NCBI RefSeq assembly: GCF_046119375.1
Contig: NW_027362767.1
Span: 410,502,001 to 410,566,000, forward strand
Length of the DNA: 64,000 nucleotides
Direction of reading: 5' to 3'
From: Phyllobates terribilis
Taxonomy: Eukaryota
Shown: positions 10,823 to 23,032 of the stretch, one piece after another
Numbering within the stretch: position 1 is the first letter of the stretch
Layout of the letters: every line of letters begins with the position of its first letter
Position numbers and translations under genes: made by a program
Notes under the pieces: model-generated
Told to the model about the DNA's origin: nothing
What the model saw: the letters and a program-made list of their open reading frames with translations, nothing else
Database searches by the model: none

Positions 10823-12909
10823 GAAAACTGCGATCCACCGAAAGAAACCCTGAGAATTACAGCTCATTTAAGCTAGAGTTCCTGGCAGTGGTGTGGGCAG
10901 TCACCGAACGCTTTAAGCACTACCTCGCTTCTTCCCGGTTCACCGTGTACACGGATAACAACCCGTTGACACACCTGGACACGGCAAGACTCGGTGCCCT
11001 AGAGCAGAGATGGATGGCCCGTCTGTCCAACTATGAGTTCACAATCAAATACCGGGCAGGACGCTCCAATACCAACGCGGACGCCCTGTCCAGGATGCCA
11101 AACCTACCGGACGTAGGAGAAGATCCAGAGGGACTGGAAGAAGTCGAACTCCCCGCGTTCCACCGTCATGGGACTATTCAGTATTCCCATCGGGTAAGGA
11201 GTAAGCAAGCCGCTACGTTTAACCCCTTGCCTCACTACAACTGGGAGGAAACGCAAGACAGTGACCCTGCCGTCCGGCTGGTGAAGGAGATGCTGACTCG
11301 GCCAGAGGCTCGCCTTGACCCAGACGCTCCGGAGGAAGCCAAGCAACTGTGGGCTGAGAAGAGTCGACTGTTCCTTTACAAGGGGAAGTTGTGCCGCAGA
11401 ATGGTTAACTCCCGGACGCAGGAACAAATCTGGCAAGTAGTGGTGCCACGGAGAGACGCAGCCATGGTGATGGAAGCATACCACGACGGGGCTGGACACT
11501 TCGGATGGAAGAAGCTGGAGTTCCTGCTGCGTGGGCGGTTCCACTGGGTAGGCATGAGGGGAACCATCGAGAGGTGGTGCAGAGACTGTGGCCCGTGCAA
11601 CCTAAGAAGGAAGGACCGTGTCAGCCAGAAGACTCCCCTGCAGTCCATCGTCACCCGGCAGCCGTTGGAACTGGTAGCCTTGGATCATGTAAAACTGACC
11701 CCAAGCAGAAGTGGCTACGTCTACGCGTTAACCATTGTGGATCATTACTCCCGGTTCTTGGTTGTCGTCCCCGTTAAGGACTTAACGGCTCAAACAGCAG
11801 CTAGAGCCTTCCAGCAGCACTTCTGCCGCCCACACGGGTACCCGGACCAAGTGCTGACGGACCAGGGACCTGCCTTTGAAGCGGAGGTCTTCCAGGAATT
11901 CTGCAATCTGTATGGCTGCCGGAAGATAAGGACGACACCCTATCATCTGCAAACTAATGGACTTTGTGAGAAAATGAACCAGGTGGTAATGGATCTCCTG
12001 AAAACGTTGCCCCTGGAAGAACGCAGTCTGTGGCCTGAGAAGCTGCCCGATCTGGTGGACCTATACAACCACATCCCGGTAGGTTCCACCAACTGTACCC
12101 CGGCTTACCTAATGAGGGCGAGACCTGGTAAGTTACCTGTTGACCTGGAAATGGGAGTCCTGACACCCGAGGACACTTCACCAGAGGCAGACTGGGACAC
12201 AGAGAGGCAGCAGCAGTACCGGAAAGTACAGGAGAGCGTGGAGCGAAGTCTCTGTCAGGCTAGGGAAAGACAAGAGAAAACTTACAACCAGTATGCTCCC
12301 GCTGTTCCCCTCATACCCGGAGAGCAGGTCTTGAAGAGGAAAAGACGGCTCCACAAGTTGGACGACCAGTGGGAGAAGGACCCGTACACCGTACTGCCCT
12401 CAAGCCATGAGAACCCAAAAGTCTGTACCATCAGTAAAGACGGAGGGGAGACCATAGCCATTGTATCCCGGGATCACCTGAAGAAGTGTCCTGAACAGCT
12501 ACGGAACCCTGAAGAGGAACAAGAAGACCATCGACCCGTAGAGGAAAGGGAAGATATGGTTAGTACTGTGCTCGGAGACTTCCCTCGGTCCTGGACTCAA
12601 GTCAATGGTGCAGTTGTGGTACCCGTCCTCACGTTCCTCCAACCAGCATCCCAAGTGCCTACGGAGCAACAGGTAGAGCTGGAAGAGCAGCCGGTCCAGG
12701 AGGCAGAAGACTCCACACAAGCAGAACAGGAGGATCAACCCTCTGCTTATAGTGAGCCTGCCGTACCCCTAGTGAGCCAAAGAGCCGGTAGACAGCTGCC
12801 CAGTTTACCCTTGACAGCTCCTACACCCTGTAGTTCAGGGCTAGACAGTCAGCTCCGTAGGTCCACTAGGGCCACTAGAGGCCAGTTACCCGCACGTTGG
12901 AGGATTTGA
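10823..12909 (+). CDS. pol 3' part: RNase H C-terminal half plus integrase (673-aa ORF 10888-12909)
   Basis: RNase H tail: ASRKLRSTERNPENYSSFKLEFLAVVWAV..TDNNPL. HHCC zinc domain: HDGAGHFG..CRDCGPC. DDE core: ALDHV / TDQG / CEKMN. Confidence 0.9.
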
Positions 12910-13260
12910 AGTGTATAAATTGTTTTATTTGTGGTTACCTGTTTTTCTTGTTGCTTGTGTATAATTATGTGTTTCTAGTTATTTATAGGAGTCCTTGGTG
13001 GATTTACCGGGAATCCTTGTACATGGTTGGAGCGTAACCTAGGAATGGACTAAAGACTGTTAAGGACTCGGGGCAGGACAGACCCCTACCTGGTTACGTC
13101 TCCCTGTTTTGGTGAAATGGACACCTTGCTTTTCTTCAAAAACTGCACCCGGTTGCGGACACGCCGTGACCATCTTTATATGTTTTTCTTATTGTACTAT
13201 TATTGTTTATACCTTGTTATGTTTAAAAATATGTTTAGTCCCGGAGTACTAAATTTCACT

Positions 13261-13269
13261 AGGGGGGAA
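13261..13269 (+). promoter_or_regulatory. Polypurine tract
   Basis: AGGGGGGAA lies immediately before the 3' LTR start TG at 13270. Confidence 0.85.
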
Positions 13270-14267
13270 TGTGGCACCCCAGGGGTCTGGTTTCCACAGT
13301 AACAGCAATGTTATGTCTGAGAGCAGGTGGGAGGTCTCTTGGTCAGGAATCCTATGCATGCCACACATCTTGCCCAGTCCTGGGAGGGGAAGGACTTCCC
13401 CTATATAAACCTAGGGCTGAGGCAGGGTGAGTGAGTAGAGAAGAAGTAGAGACAGAGAAGAGAAGCAGATATAGGAAAAGAACATCAGGAGCTCTGTGGG
13501 AGCAGTGCTATAAGGAGTCAGGGGCTGGCAGCTGCAGAGCTCGCCCTGACTGAGAAGCTATCACCGGACCCGGAGTCCGAGGCTGTGGGGACTAATCCTT
13601 ACCCAGCAGCAGAAACCGCCCGGCAGGGGATTTCAGGTCCTCTGGCCAAGGAACCCGAAGGCACGGTCACACGCGTGGGACCAGCACCGCCGTCATGGAG
13701 CGGACGCCACTAGAAGGCCCCGAGTCACCGGCCATACGGGTGAGCACCACACGGTACACTCAGGGACGTGGGCTACTTATTCCCGCCTCTAGCAAGGTAG
13801 CCAGAAGAGTACAGTCAGTTTGGGAGGCCTACAACTCCGCCTGGCCAGGGGAGATCCCATCTGCTCAAGGACTGACCAGGCCCCGATCGCTAGCCAGTAC
13901 TCCGGGAGGGTCTATCTTTATCACCAGTAAAGACCCTGAATTACACCGCATCGTCTCTGAGTGATTCCTGCTACCCCATCATCCACGTCGGCTGCCCTGA
14001 GGCCATACCCCTCCCGTTGGGGGTGATACTATCACGCTGCACAATCCTACCACCGGCCTCAGCGGTCTGCCCTGCAGCGGCAGCTCCTTCGCTGCATTCA
14101 ACGGGTGGCGTAGTCGTCCAACATCTACCGCTAATACAGCGCCACTTAGTCTGACTCCCTGGGCACGGACCGGGTCACCGCCACGAGACTACAACCCTCA
14201 ACAGATCCGGCTCCGGGTAAGCTCCCGCGTGCGCAACGCTGCGCGACACAGGCCCAGGGGTGCGTCA
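13270..14267 (+). repeat. 3' LTR of the Gypsy element
   Basis: Near-identical to 7771-8768. Confidence 0.95.
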
Positions 14268-14748
14268 AATGCATTGAAGCTATGGACTGGCCCGCCCGTT
14301 CCCCAGACCTGAATCCAATTGAGCATATCTGGGACATCATGTCTCGCTCCATCCACCAACGTCACGTTGCACCACAGACTGTCCAGGAGTTGGCGGATGC
14401 TTTTGTCCAGGTCTGAGAGGAGATCCCACAGGAGACCATCTGCAACCTCATCAGGAGCATGCCCTGGCGTTGTAGGGAGGTCATACAGGCACTTGGAGGC
14501 CCCATACAATACTGAGCCTCATTTTGACTTGTTTTAAGGACATTACATCAAAGTTGGATCAGCCTGTAGTGTGTTTTTCCACATTCATTTTGGGGGTGCC
14601 TCCAAATCCAAGCCTCCATTGGTTAATAAATTTGATTTCCATTGATGATTTTTGTGTGATTTTGTCAGCACATTCAACTTTGTACAGAACAAACTATTCA
14701 ATGAGAATATTTCATTCATTCAGATCTAGGATGTGTTATTTGAGTGTT

Positions 14749-14887
14749 NNNNNNNNNNNNNNNNNNNNNNNNNNNNNNNNNNNNNNNNNNNNNNNNNNNN
14801 NNNNNNNNNNNNNNNNNNNNNNNNNNNNNNNNNNNNNNNNNNNNNNNNNNNNNNNNNNNNNNNNNNNNNNNNNNNNNNNNNNNNNNN
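14749..14887. other. Assembly gap (139 N)
   Basis: Run of N characters. Confidence 1.
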
Positions 14888-15312
14888 GACTAACAGGACG
14901 TTCAATGGACCCTCTTGCTATATGCACTGCAGTCTGCCACATACCCTGCCTACCTGCCTAATGTTTGCTGTCACCACTGAATATATGCTGCTGGATTAGT
15001 TCTCAGAAGGACTGTTATTTCAGATGAATATTATAGATATATGTTGTGGAATACCTATACTAACTCTAAACAAGCAAATCTCTCCCTGAAGCAGCAGCAG
15101 CTTTCCCTACTCTGCCTGGTTCCGGAGTAGACTGTGACGAGCATGGTGGCGCCAGGTCTTATATACACCTGATGACGCTGTGCGGCCAGCCAATCACTGT
15201 AATGCCCACAACCAACATGGCTACGGCATTACAGTGCATGGCAGGAAATCCCTGCATGTTCATTGGCTCTCTAAAGAGTGCCAAACATGCAGGGAGGGTA
15301 CCCGAGCTCCCG
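14888..15312 (-). mobile_element. Fragment of the hAT family-B 5' subterminal region
   Basis: Reverse complement of sequence in 28340-28790 and 34575-34710 (e.g. GGCTACGGCATTACAGTGCATGGCAGG, CTAATCCAGC.GCATATATT). No terminus visible. Confidence 0.7.
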
Positions 15313-15721
15313 TCCTATCCTTAACCATTTCATGCCCTAATAAACTCTTTCAAAGACAAGTTAAGAAATACATTTACATGGCCAGTCTGTTCCTCCTTTA
15401 CTGAGAAATCAGAGTTTGATAATATGTGCAGATGAGGCTGAAGAGCTATTTGGAGATCTAAAATCTCTGTCACAACATCTCTATTGCCCGTCCAGCGCTG
15501 CCTCCTCCTGCTTCACTGATAATTCTTTTGCCACACAGTCACACAGCACAGAGGCTGTCAGTCAAATCGGGTGGGGAATAGAGCTGGAGTGTCAGAGGCT
15601 TCAGATCTACAGTACCTCTTCAGCCTTATTTGTATTTAATTTCAAAGGTAGAATTCACAGTACAGAAGGAATGGACTGGCCATGTAAAAATTTGGCTGGA
15701 CTTGTCCTTGAAAGAGATACA

Positions 15722-17660
15722 TCTATAATATAACAGGAGATGCACGTCTCTGTCTGAAGCCTTTATAGACTGCGCGCGACATGCAGTCTGGCTCCAGACA
15801 GAAGCAGGCATCCAGCTGTTACATGTAAGAGGAGTGTATGGCGCCGGAGATCGCAGTATGCGTAGACACTGAATGCATACCGCGATCTCCGGCGCAATAC
15901 TTACATACTTACCTGACCGGGAGGAGCGTTGCCGCGGCGCCTCTCTTCGCCGGAGACAAGGGCAGGAGTGAGGCGTTGGATCAGCGCATGTGCATAGCGA
16001 TATCCGGCACCATTTAACTGAAGACACATTTGCAGTGTGTCTTCAGCAAAATGGCGCCGGACAGCGCGGTACGTGCGTACTCCGACGCCACACTCCTCCC
16101 CCGGCCTCCGGCAGAACAGGTGCACAGGGAAGAAAGGTGAGTATAAGTGTTTATTTTTTTGTATGTGTGTACAGCGTCAAAGGGATGAGGGGGCCACACA
16201 TACCAGGATTGGGGGGTGAGGGGGCCACACATACCAGGTTTGGGGGGTGAGGGGGCCACATATACCAGGATTGGGGGGATGAGGGGTACCACACATACCA
16301 GGATTGGGGGGATGAGGGGTACCACACATACCAGGATTGTGGGGATGAGGGGTACCACACATACCAGGATTGTGGGGTGAGGGGACCATGCATATCAGGA
16401 TTGTGGGGTGAGGGGACCATGCATACTTGGATGAGGGGTACCACACATACCAGAATTGGGGGGTGAGGGGACCATGCATACCAGGATTGCGGGGTGAGGG
16501 GACCATGCATACCAGGATTGAGGGGTGAGGGGACCATGCATACCAAAATTGGGGGGTGAGGGGACCATGCATACCAGGATTAGGGGGTGAGGGGTGCCAT
16601 GCATACCAGAATAGGGATGAGGGGTACCATACATACCAGGATAGGAATGCGGTTTACCATGCATACCAGGATGAGGGATGGGGTGCCATGCATACAGGAT
16701 GAGGGGTACCATGAATACCAGAATAGGAATGCGGGGTACCATGCATACCAAGATGAGGGATGGGGTGCCATGCATACCAGGATGAGGGTACCATGCATTC
16801 CAGAATAGGGATAAGGGGTACCATGTATATCAGGATTTAGAATGGGGGGGCATGCATACCAGGATTGGGGATGAGGAGTGCCATGCATACCAGGATAGGG
16901 ATTAGGAGTGCCATGCATACCAGGATGGGAGTGAGGGAGCCATGCATACCAGGATTGGGGATGAGGGGTGCCATGCATACCAGGATTGGGGATGAGGGGT
17001 GCCATGCCTACCAGGATTGGGGATGAGGAGTACCATGTATACCAGGATTGGGGATGAGGGGTGCGATGCATACCAGGATTGGGGATGAGGAGTACCATGT
17101 ATACCGGGAATGGGGATGAGGGAGCCATGCATAGCAGGATTGGGGATGAGGGAGCCATGCATACTAGGATTGGGGATAAGGGGTGCCATGCATACCAGGA
17201 TTGGGGATGAGGGGTGCCATTCATACCAGGATTGGGGATGAGGGGTGCCATGCATACCAGGATTGGGGATGAGGGGTGCCATGCATACCAGGATTGGGGA
17301 TGAGGGAGCCATGCATACCAGGATTGGGGATGAGGGAGCCATGCATACCAGGATCGGGGATGAGGGAGCCATGAATACCAGGATTGGGGGTGAGGGGTGC
17401 CATGCATACCAAGATTGGGGGTGAGGGGTGCCATGCATACCAGGATTGGGGATGAGGGGTGCCATGCATACCAGGATTGGGGATGACGGGTGCCATGCAT
17501 ACCGGGATTGGAGATGAGGGGTGCCATGCATACCAGGATTCGGATGGTGGGGACAGGATGGGGGCAGCACAAATACCAGGAGGGGGCAGCACATACCAGC
17601 AAGGGAAACCATATACCAATAAAAATGCTCGCCACCCGGGCGTAGAACGGGTTCAATAGT
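15722..17660 (+). mobile_element. Non-autonomous Helitron-like element with internal minisatellite (copy 1)
   Basis: 5' TC start (A|TCTATAATATAA) and 3' hairpin CCCGGGCGTAGAACGGG followed by a degenerate TAGT end. No TSD. Reverse-complement homolog at 31890-34570. Confidence 0.7.
16180..17545. repeat. About 31-bp G-rich minisatellite (ATGCATACCAGGATTGGGGATGAGGGGTGCC and variants)
   Basis: Tandem units are visible directly. They explain the repetitive MAPLIPNPGMHGTPHPQSWYAWHPSSPILVC ORFs. Confidence 0.95.
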
Positions 17661-17819
17661 GCACATATAAATACTTTGGGAGGTAAAATGCTGCAGACAG
17701 ATTTTCTTTAAATGAGACAAGCAAAGAGGCAAGAGCAAGCAAGCAAGCACGGCAGCCCCTTCCTCATTTTGATTGGTGAGAGCTTTGTAGTTCGGACCCT
17801 CACAGATGACTACCCAGAA

Positions 17820-17930
17820 CATAAAAAGGAATGTTCAATTCGCATTGAATAATTTCAATGTAAATCGAATTTCCCTGCCAAATTCAAGTGATCTACTGAA
17901 TTTGAATTGCGGCAGATTTGCTCATCTCTA
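17820..17930. mobile_element. hAT-type MITE remnant (one terminus)
   Basis: Ends in TTTGCTCATCTCTA, the hAT terminal motif seen at 7318, preceded by GAAT/ATTC subterminal motifs. Confidence 0.5.
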
Positions 17931-19574
17931 CTAAAGACCAACCTATCCCAGACTACCTATAATATTTCACATAGAATAATTTTACATTTCTGAAAGTTTT
18001 TCTATTTTGAGTTCTTTCAGCTGCCTCTCCATGCTGACTAGGGAACGCAGTCTTCATCTTACTTCTGTAGAGAGCCAATCTTCCATGATTTAATATTCCT
18101 ATCATGGAGATTTACTTTATTTGAGGTCACATAGGCCCTCTTTATCTCCATATTGGCTGTCTCTGTTGGCAACCAAACATATCTCTGATAGGATGTTCTC
18201 CTTATCTACTACCTTGTAGCATGGGTTATTTTCAATCTTTGAATGGGATGGTATTTGTGGTCTAACAGTATCTCTTATAAAGGTTACCATAATTTCTTTG
18301 GCACTTATTTATTGTCATGTATGAATCCATTGTATGTATTAATCTATATTGCTGTATTTTGCACTTTATTGCATAAATTGCTTATAATTATTGTGCATAC
18401 TTGCTCAGGTGCCTCTTACATATGGAACTGTGGGGACTCCATGAATCATATACAGTATTGTTATATTGTCTGGATACTATTGATCGGGCCCATATTACTG
18501 ACTATTGTCTTGAGGTCCGCCTTGTGGGGAGCAGCTTGTACCCTTTTTAAATGTTTTTAAACTATTTTGTGGCCCAATAAACTTTTTTCTTACATTTCTC
18601 TATACGAGGTGTGCTTGCTCATTATGTAGTGCTTTCTTCTCTTTTTGAATTTTACCAAACTTCCAAGCCCAACGAACTGACTAAATGATACAATGAACTT
18701 TAGATTTAGAATTTACAAATTTAAATATCAAATCGGGGGAACTTTTGGTAGGTATTTTTGCATTTACAATTAAGAAATTGTATTTTATCTAGAAACACTC
18801 TGGAGATGACTATAGATATATTATGTGTGTTCTGGGATAAATGTCTCTGGGTGATTGTCAACACTATACATTGCTCTGTTCTTACCACAATTAAACAGAT
18901 GACTCCCATCACTAACAGGTTGTTGGTAAATCTCATTAATGCCATTCCCATTCAAACGAATTACCCACCCAGCTAATGACTATACAATAGGTCCTTACAT
19001 CTATGAGATGGTTCCTCAGATCTTTGGGACTGGTCATTTCTTATCATTTAAGTAGGAGTTTTTGTCTGTAACATTTTTCCTTCCTGTGTCTATCGATTGT
19101 GTATAGTATCACTAGACATTGTATTGTATTCTTTAACAGAGAGCTTTTTATATATTCTAACATTGCTTCTGGACAGGGGTTGTCTTGACATTTGTGGTTT
19201 TAATATTTTAGGAAATTGTTTAATACACATGAGATGATCTGACCTCAATGAAGAAATATTTAGGATTTTTTTTTGTTACATTTTTTAATGAAGGATATTC
19301 AAAGAGGTTAAATAAGTAAAGATGTGTAGCCTCAACTCAGCAGCTAATCAAGACAGAAAAAGGTAGCTAAAGCTACTTGAAATCACCTCCTTGCATACCT
19401 TATTTTTCCCTTTTGAGGTGAGATTTGTCACAGCTATTTTATTACTTACAGCAATACAAAAAAGTAACCTATTACTTTAATTACACTGGTAATGCACTAG
19501 GTACATACTTCAAGCTGCAATCTGTCTTACTCATGTGTCAGGATGGGTTGTAATGTGAACAAACACTGCAGGAG

Positions 19575-19930
19575 ACATGTCTCAACTGTCAGAGGAGCAG
19601 CATTGTTAACATACATCACCTGCTCACTCAGCTGTGAGGCAAGGCTATAGTAGGAAAAAACCTTCTTCTTGGGTGAGCACAACTGGCATTTTTTTCTCCA
19701 GCTTCATCCTGCTCAGTGCTCACTTGTAAACCCATTCTGCTGATTCAGTCTGGCAGTTTTACAGCAGACCAAGAGACTGACTAAGGACATAAGCAAGACT
19801 AAAGCTGGAAAAAAATAACCCAGCTGTGCTCAGCCAGTTGAGAAGCTTTTTTTTTCTCCATGACTGAGTGGGCAGATCAGGTATCTTTGTTCACAATACT
19901 GCTCCTCTGACAGTTGATCCACATGTATCG
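19575..19930. mobile_element. Degenerate foldback MITE upstream of the first OR
   Basis: Imperfect inverted arms: TGTCAGAGGAGCAG..CTGCTCACTCAG versus CTGAGTGGGCAG..CTGCTCCTCTGACA. Confidence 0.55.
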
Positions 19931-20441
19931 AGCAGTGCTTCTTTAGGCTACAACTCTTTCTGACATGGGACTAAGATGGGTCGCATGCTTGAAATATGTG
20001 ACTATTGTATAAACGCATAATAGTACATGATACGATTCTGAGTCTTTGTATGTCAAAATGCCACCAAAAACTGCTTTCTGGTATGTGATGACAGCCATTT
20101 CTATCCCATTCTCAGATAATCCCTTTATTTAATGTATTTTTTTTACAATTTTTACTATACTTTTGTTTTACAAACATATACTGTATAGTAAAAAATGCAA
20201 TAGATACAATATCAGAAACATTATAGAAAAGGCATATATTAAATTATAATGTACAGTATATACACCAAACATAGTTCTGTACAGTAGCTACTGTTCCTCA
20301 TCTGTTTCTATGAAGTTTAGCAATTACCTTTCCATTTACAAATATTAGTTTCCAGTTTAATATTTTAGTTTATGTTATGTTATGTTACATTATGCGTTAT
20401 TCTTTTTAGGAACATTTTTGATGTTACCAACAGGTAGCAGC

Positions 20442-21398
20442 ATGGAAATGATAGAAAAAAATCAAAGCCTTGTCGTGTTCTTCATTATTAAAGGCATTTG
20501 CGATGCACCAGAGCTGCAGATGATAATCTTCATTTTAGTTCTTCTTGTATATCTCATAACCATTGGTGGCAACATGATCATTCTGTTCTTGATCTGCCTG
20601 GATCCTAAACTTCACACTCCTATGTACTTCTTCTTGGCCAACTTGTCTGTATTAGACATGTTCTCCACCACCGTGACTCTTCATAATATCCTTATCATAT
20701 TTATAACGGGTGATAACAGGATCTCCTTTGAGAGTTGTATTTGCCAGATGTACTTTTTTGGGTTTCTCATATGTGATGAGCTCCTATTTCTAACTGCTAT
20801 GAGCTATGATCGCTATGTTGCCATTTGTGATCCTTTGAGATACCACATGGTCATGAGTCACAGACTCTGCATTGTTCTTGCAATTTGCTGTTGGCTGTTG
20901 GGCATGATAGAGGTGATACCCTACATGATTTTGCTTTTGGGCATTACATGCTACAAATCAAATGTAATAAATCACTTCTTCTGTGATCTTGTACCTCTCA
21001 TGATATTGTCCTGCAGCAACACGTCAATACTGGAGATCTTAAGCTTGACAGAAGGTCTTCTCCTCATTACTTTTACCCCATTCATTTTGAAGTTCATATC
21101 TTACATCTTCATCATTTCAACAATACTGAAGATCCATTCCAGCACTGGTAGACAGAAGGCTTTCTACACTTGCTCCTCACACCTCACGGTGGTTATACTA
21201 CTTTACTCTACCCTCTTCTTCCAGTACTTGATGCCTACATCATTAGATACTTCGAAGTCAAACAAGTTCTTCTCCCTTTTTAACACAGCTGCTATTCCTG
21301 TCTTAAATCCCCTTATTTACAGCTTAAAAAATAAAGATGTTAAGTCGGCAATGATACGAACATTAAGATATATTAAAAGTTATAGGAGGTCTACGTGA
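20442..21398 (+). CDS. Olfactory receptor, intact, single coding exon, 318 aa
   Basis: N-glycosylation site NQS; LHTPMYFFLANLS, MSYDRYVAICDPLRY, HFFCD, KAFYTCSSHL, PVLNPLIYSLKNKDVK. The probable start is ATG 20442. The track's upstream 20 codons use a non-ATG or less likely start and overlap a possible splice acceptor (CAACAG, about 20433). Confidence 0.95.
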   Translation: MEMIEKNQSLVVFFIIKGICDAPELQMIIFILVLLVYLITIGGNMIILFLICLDPKLHTPMYFFLANLSVLDMFSTTVTLHNILIIFITGDNRISFESCICQMYFFGFLICDELLFLTAMSYDRYVAICDPLRYHMVMSHRLCIVLAICCWLLGMIEVIPYMILLLGITCYKSNVINHFFCDLVPLMILSCSNTSILEILSLTEGLLLITFTPFILKFISYIFIISTILKIHSSTGRQKAFYTCSSHLTVVILLYSTLFFQYLMPTSLDTSKSNKFFSLFNTAAIPVLNPLIYSLKNKDVKSAMIRTLRYIKSYRRST

Positions 21399-21781
21399 GA
21401 ACAGATTGCATATGTTCAAATCTCACTCTAAGAATTACAAAGCGCAACTTGGAAATTATACTGGACATTTTTGAGCAGGGGAATTAGTGTCATTTTTGTG
21501 TCATATATTATCCCAATGTCTTTGCTGCAACGCTATTCAGAACATTTTTAAAAAGTGACCAGTATCCATGTGACTTCTCATATTGGCACCAGTACAGAGA
21601 CAATATTTATTGCTCCCTTGCTCCCGTGCAGGAGTCTTTATGAAAGATAAAGATCAAAAAGGAGAACCCTACATGGGTTAATCTGTGATATGTATGTACT
21701 AGTGGCCATAAAAAAATCACATGAATGCTAATTTTATTTTTTCTTTTCAAAAAAGTCTAGAAGTAGAAATGGACTTGTTTT

Positions 21782-23032
21782 GGCTGTGTACCCATGATGC
21801 GTTTTTTAAGAGTTTCCGCAGCGGCAATTCCGCTGCAGAAACGCTTAAAAAACGCTTGGTAGAAGGTCTGCCATGTTCCCCAATGATAATCTGCATGTAC
21901 TGTGCACATGCTGCGGAAATTTCCGCTGCGGATTATCATTACGGAAAAATACGCAGCACTACCAATTATTTTGCCGAAGCGCCATTGACTTGCATTGGAA
22001 CGCATGTAATCCGCATCACTGGATCTGTACATGTGGATTACATGCGTTTCAATGTGCAGATGGTACCTGGGTCTGGAGAAGAGGAGACTCTCCTCCGGAC
22101 CCGGGTACCATAGTACCTGTAAAAAAACCAATAAAATAAAAAATAAACATTATACTTACCTTCTGATGGCCCCCGGTGTCTTTGTCCTGGCTTGCCGGCA
22201 GATCGCGGTGGACTCAAGGACCTGCCATAACGTCATTTAGTCATGTGACGTCGGCAGGTCCTTTCAGTGTACCGCAAGCTGCTAGCAAGTCAGGACGCAT
22301 CGAATAAAGACTCCGGGGGCCATCAGAAGGTAAGTATATATTTATTTTTTATTTTTTACCATTCTTTCGGTCACACTATATAAATTCATGCCAGCTGCAT
22401 GGATTTATATAGTGTGACCAAGTTGTCAAGCACTTTTCAAGTGATGCTAAGGCTGTGTGCCCACGTAGCATTTTTCAAGCGTATATGCTGCGGAATTTCC
22501 GCAGCGTAAACGCTTGAAAAACGCATGTATATCCGCACCCCATGGTCCCCAATGGGATTCCGCAAGTTCTATGCACATGCTGCGGATTTTTCCGCAGCGT
22601 TTATGCCGCGTTCAAAAATCCGCAGCATGTCATTTAATTTTGCGTTTCCGCAAGCGGAATTGCCTTTGTCCAATGCATAAAAAACGCAAGGCAATTCCGC
22701 ATGTGGAAAACGCGTGATAAACGCGCGAAAAATGCGCGATAAACGCGTGCGGAATTCCGCATGCGTTTTTCCGGGAGAGGACTTGCATTTATGCAGCAAA
22801 AATTTTCTGCTTCATAAATGCAACGTGGGCACATAGCCTAAAATCGCTTGGAAAGCGCTTGTCAACCAGCATGCGGAAATGCATGTGAAGAACGTGTCAC
22901 ATCCGCTTGTCCCTGGCAGGAAAAATGCATGTACAATCCGCATGTACAATCCGCATGCGTTTTTTCTGCCAGGGAGATGCAGAAACGCTCAGGAAAAAAT
23001 CCGGAGCATTTCTGCATCGTGGGCTCATAGCC
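21782..23032. mobile_element. PIF/Harbinger-type MITE (outer element)
   Basis: Termini GGCTGTGTACCCATGATGC and GCATCGTGGGCTCATAGCC; internal GCGGAA/TTCCGC repeats; flanking TTA on the right. Confidence 0.6.
22451..22838. mobile_element. PIF/Harbinger-type MITE nested in the outer MITE
   Basis: TIR GGCTRTGTGCCCACG / CGTGGGCACATAGCC with 3-bp TSD TAA (22448-22450 and 22839-22841). Confidence 0.75.

Larger units (their letters stand above)
7771..14267 (+). mobile_element. Ty3/Gypsy LTR retrotransposon, internally deleted (no RT), 6497 bp
   Basis: Two 998-bp LTRs (TGTGGCACC...TGCGTCA), 4-bp TSD AATG (7767-7770 and 14268-14271), PBS, PPT, and gag, protease and integrase coding segments. Confidence 0.95.
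7319..14748 (+). mobile_element. Tc1-family transposon split by insertions (segments 7319-7770 and 14268-14748)
   Basis: The first segment encodes VLFTDESRF, VMVWGGIS and LMQDNARPH. After the Gypsy element it resumes with IEAMDWPARSPDLNPIEHIW. The 3' flank matches the full-length Tc1 at 24531-26112 and runs into the N gap. Confidence 0.9.

Noticed and set aside
16151-17822. Long Pro/His/Met-rich ORFs (up to 358 aa) as real proteins
   Set aside because: They are translations of the 31-bp minisatellite, open in several overlapping frames with a 31-aa period and no non-repetitive domain.
20382-20441. N-terminal 20-aa extension or signal peptide on the OR
   Set aside because: ORs lack cleavable signal peptides. 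ATG 20442 gives the normal length and places NQS near the N-terminus, and the upstream bases look like an intron 3' end.
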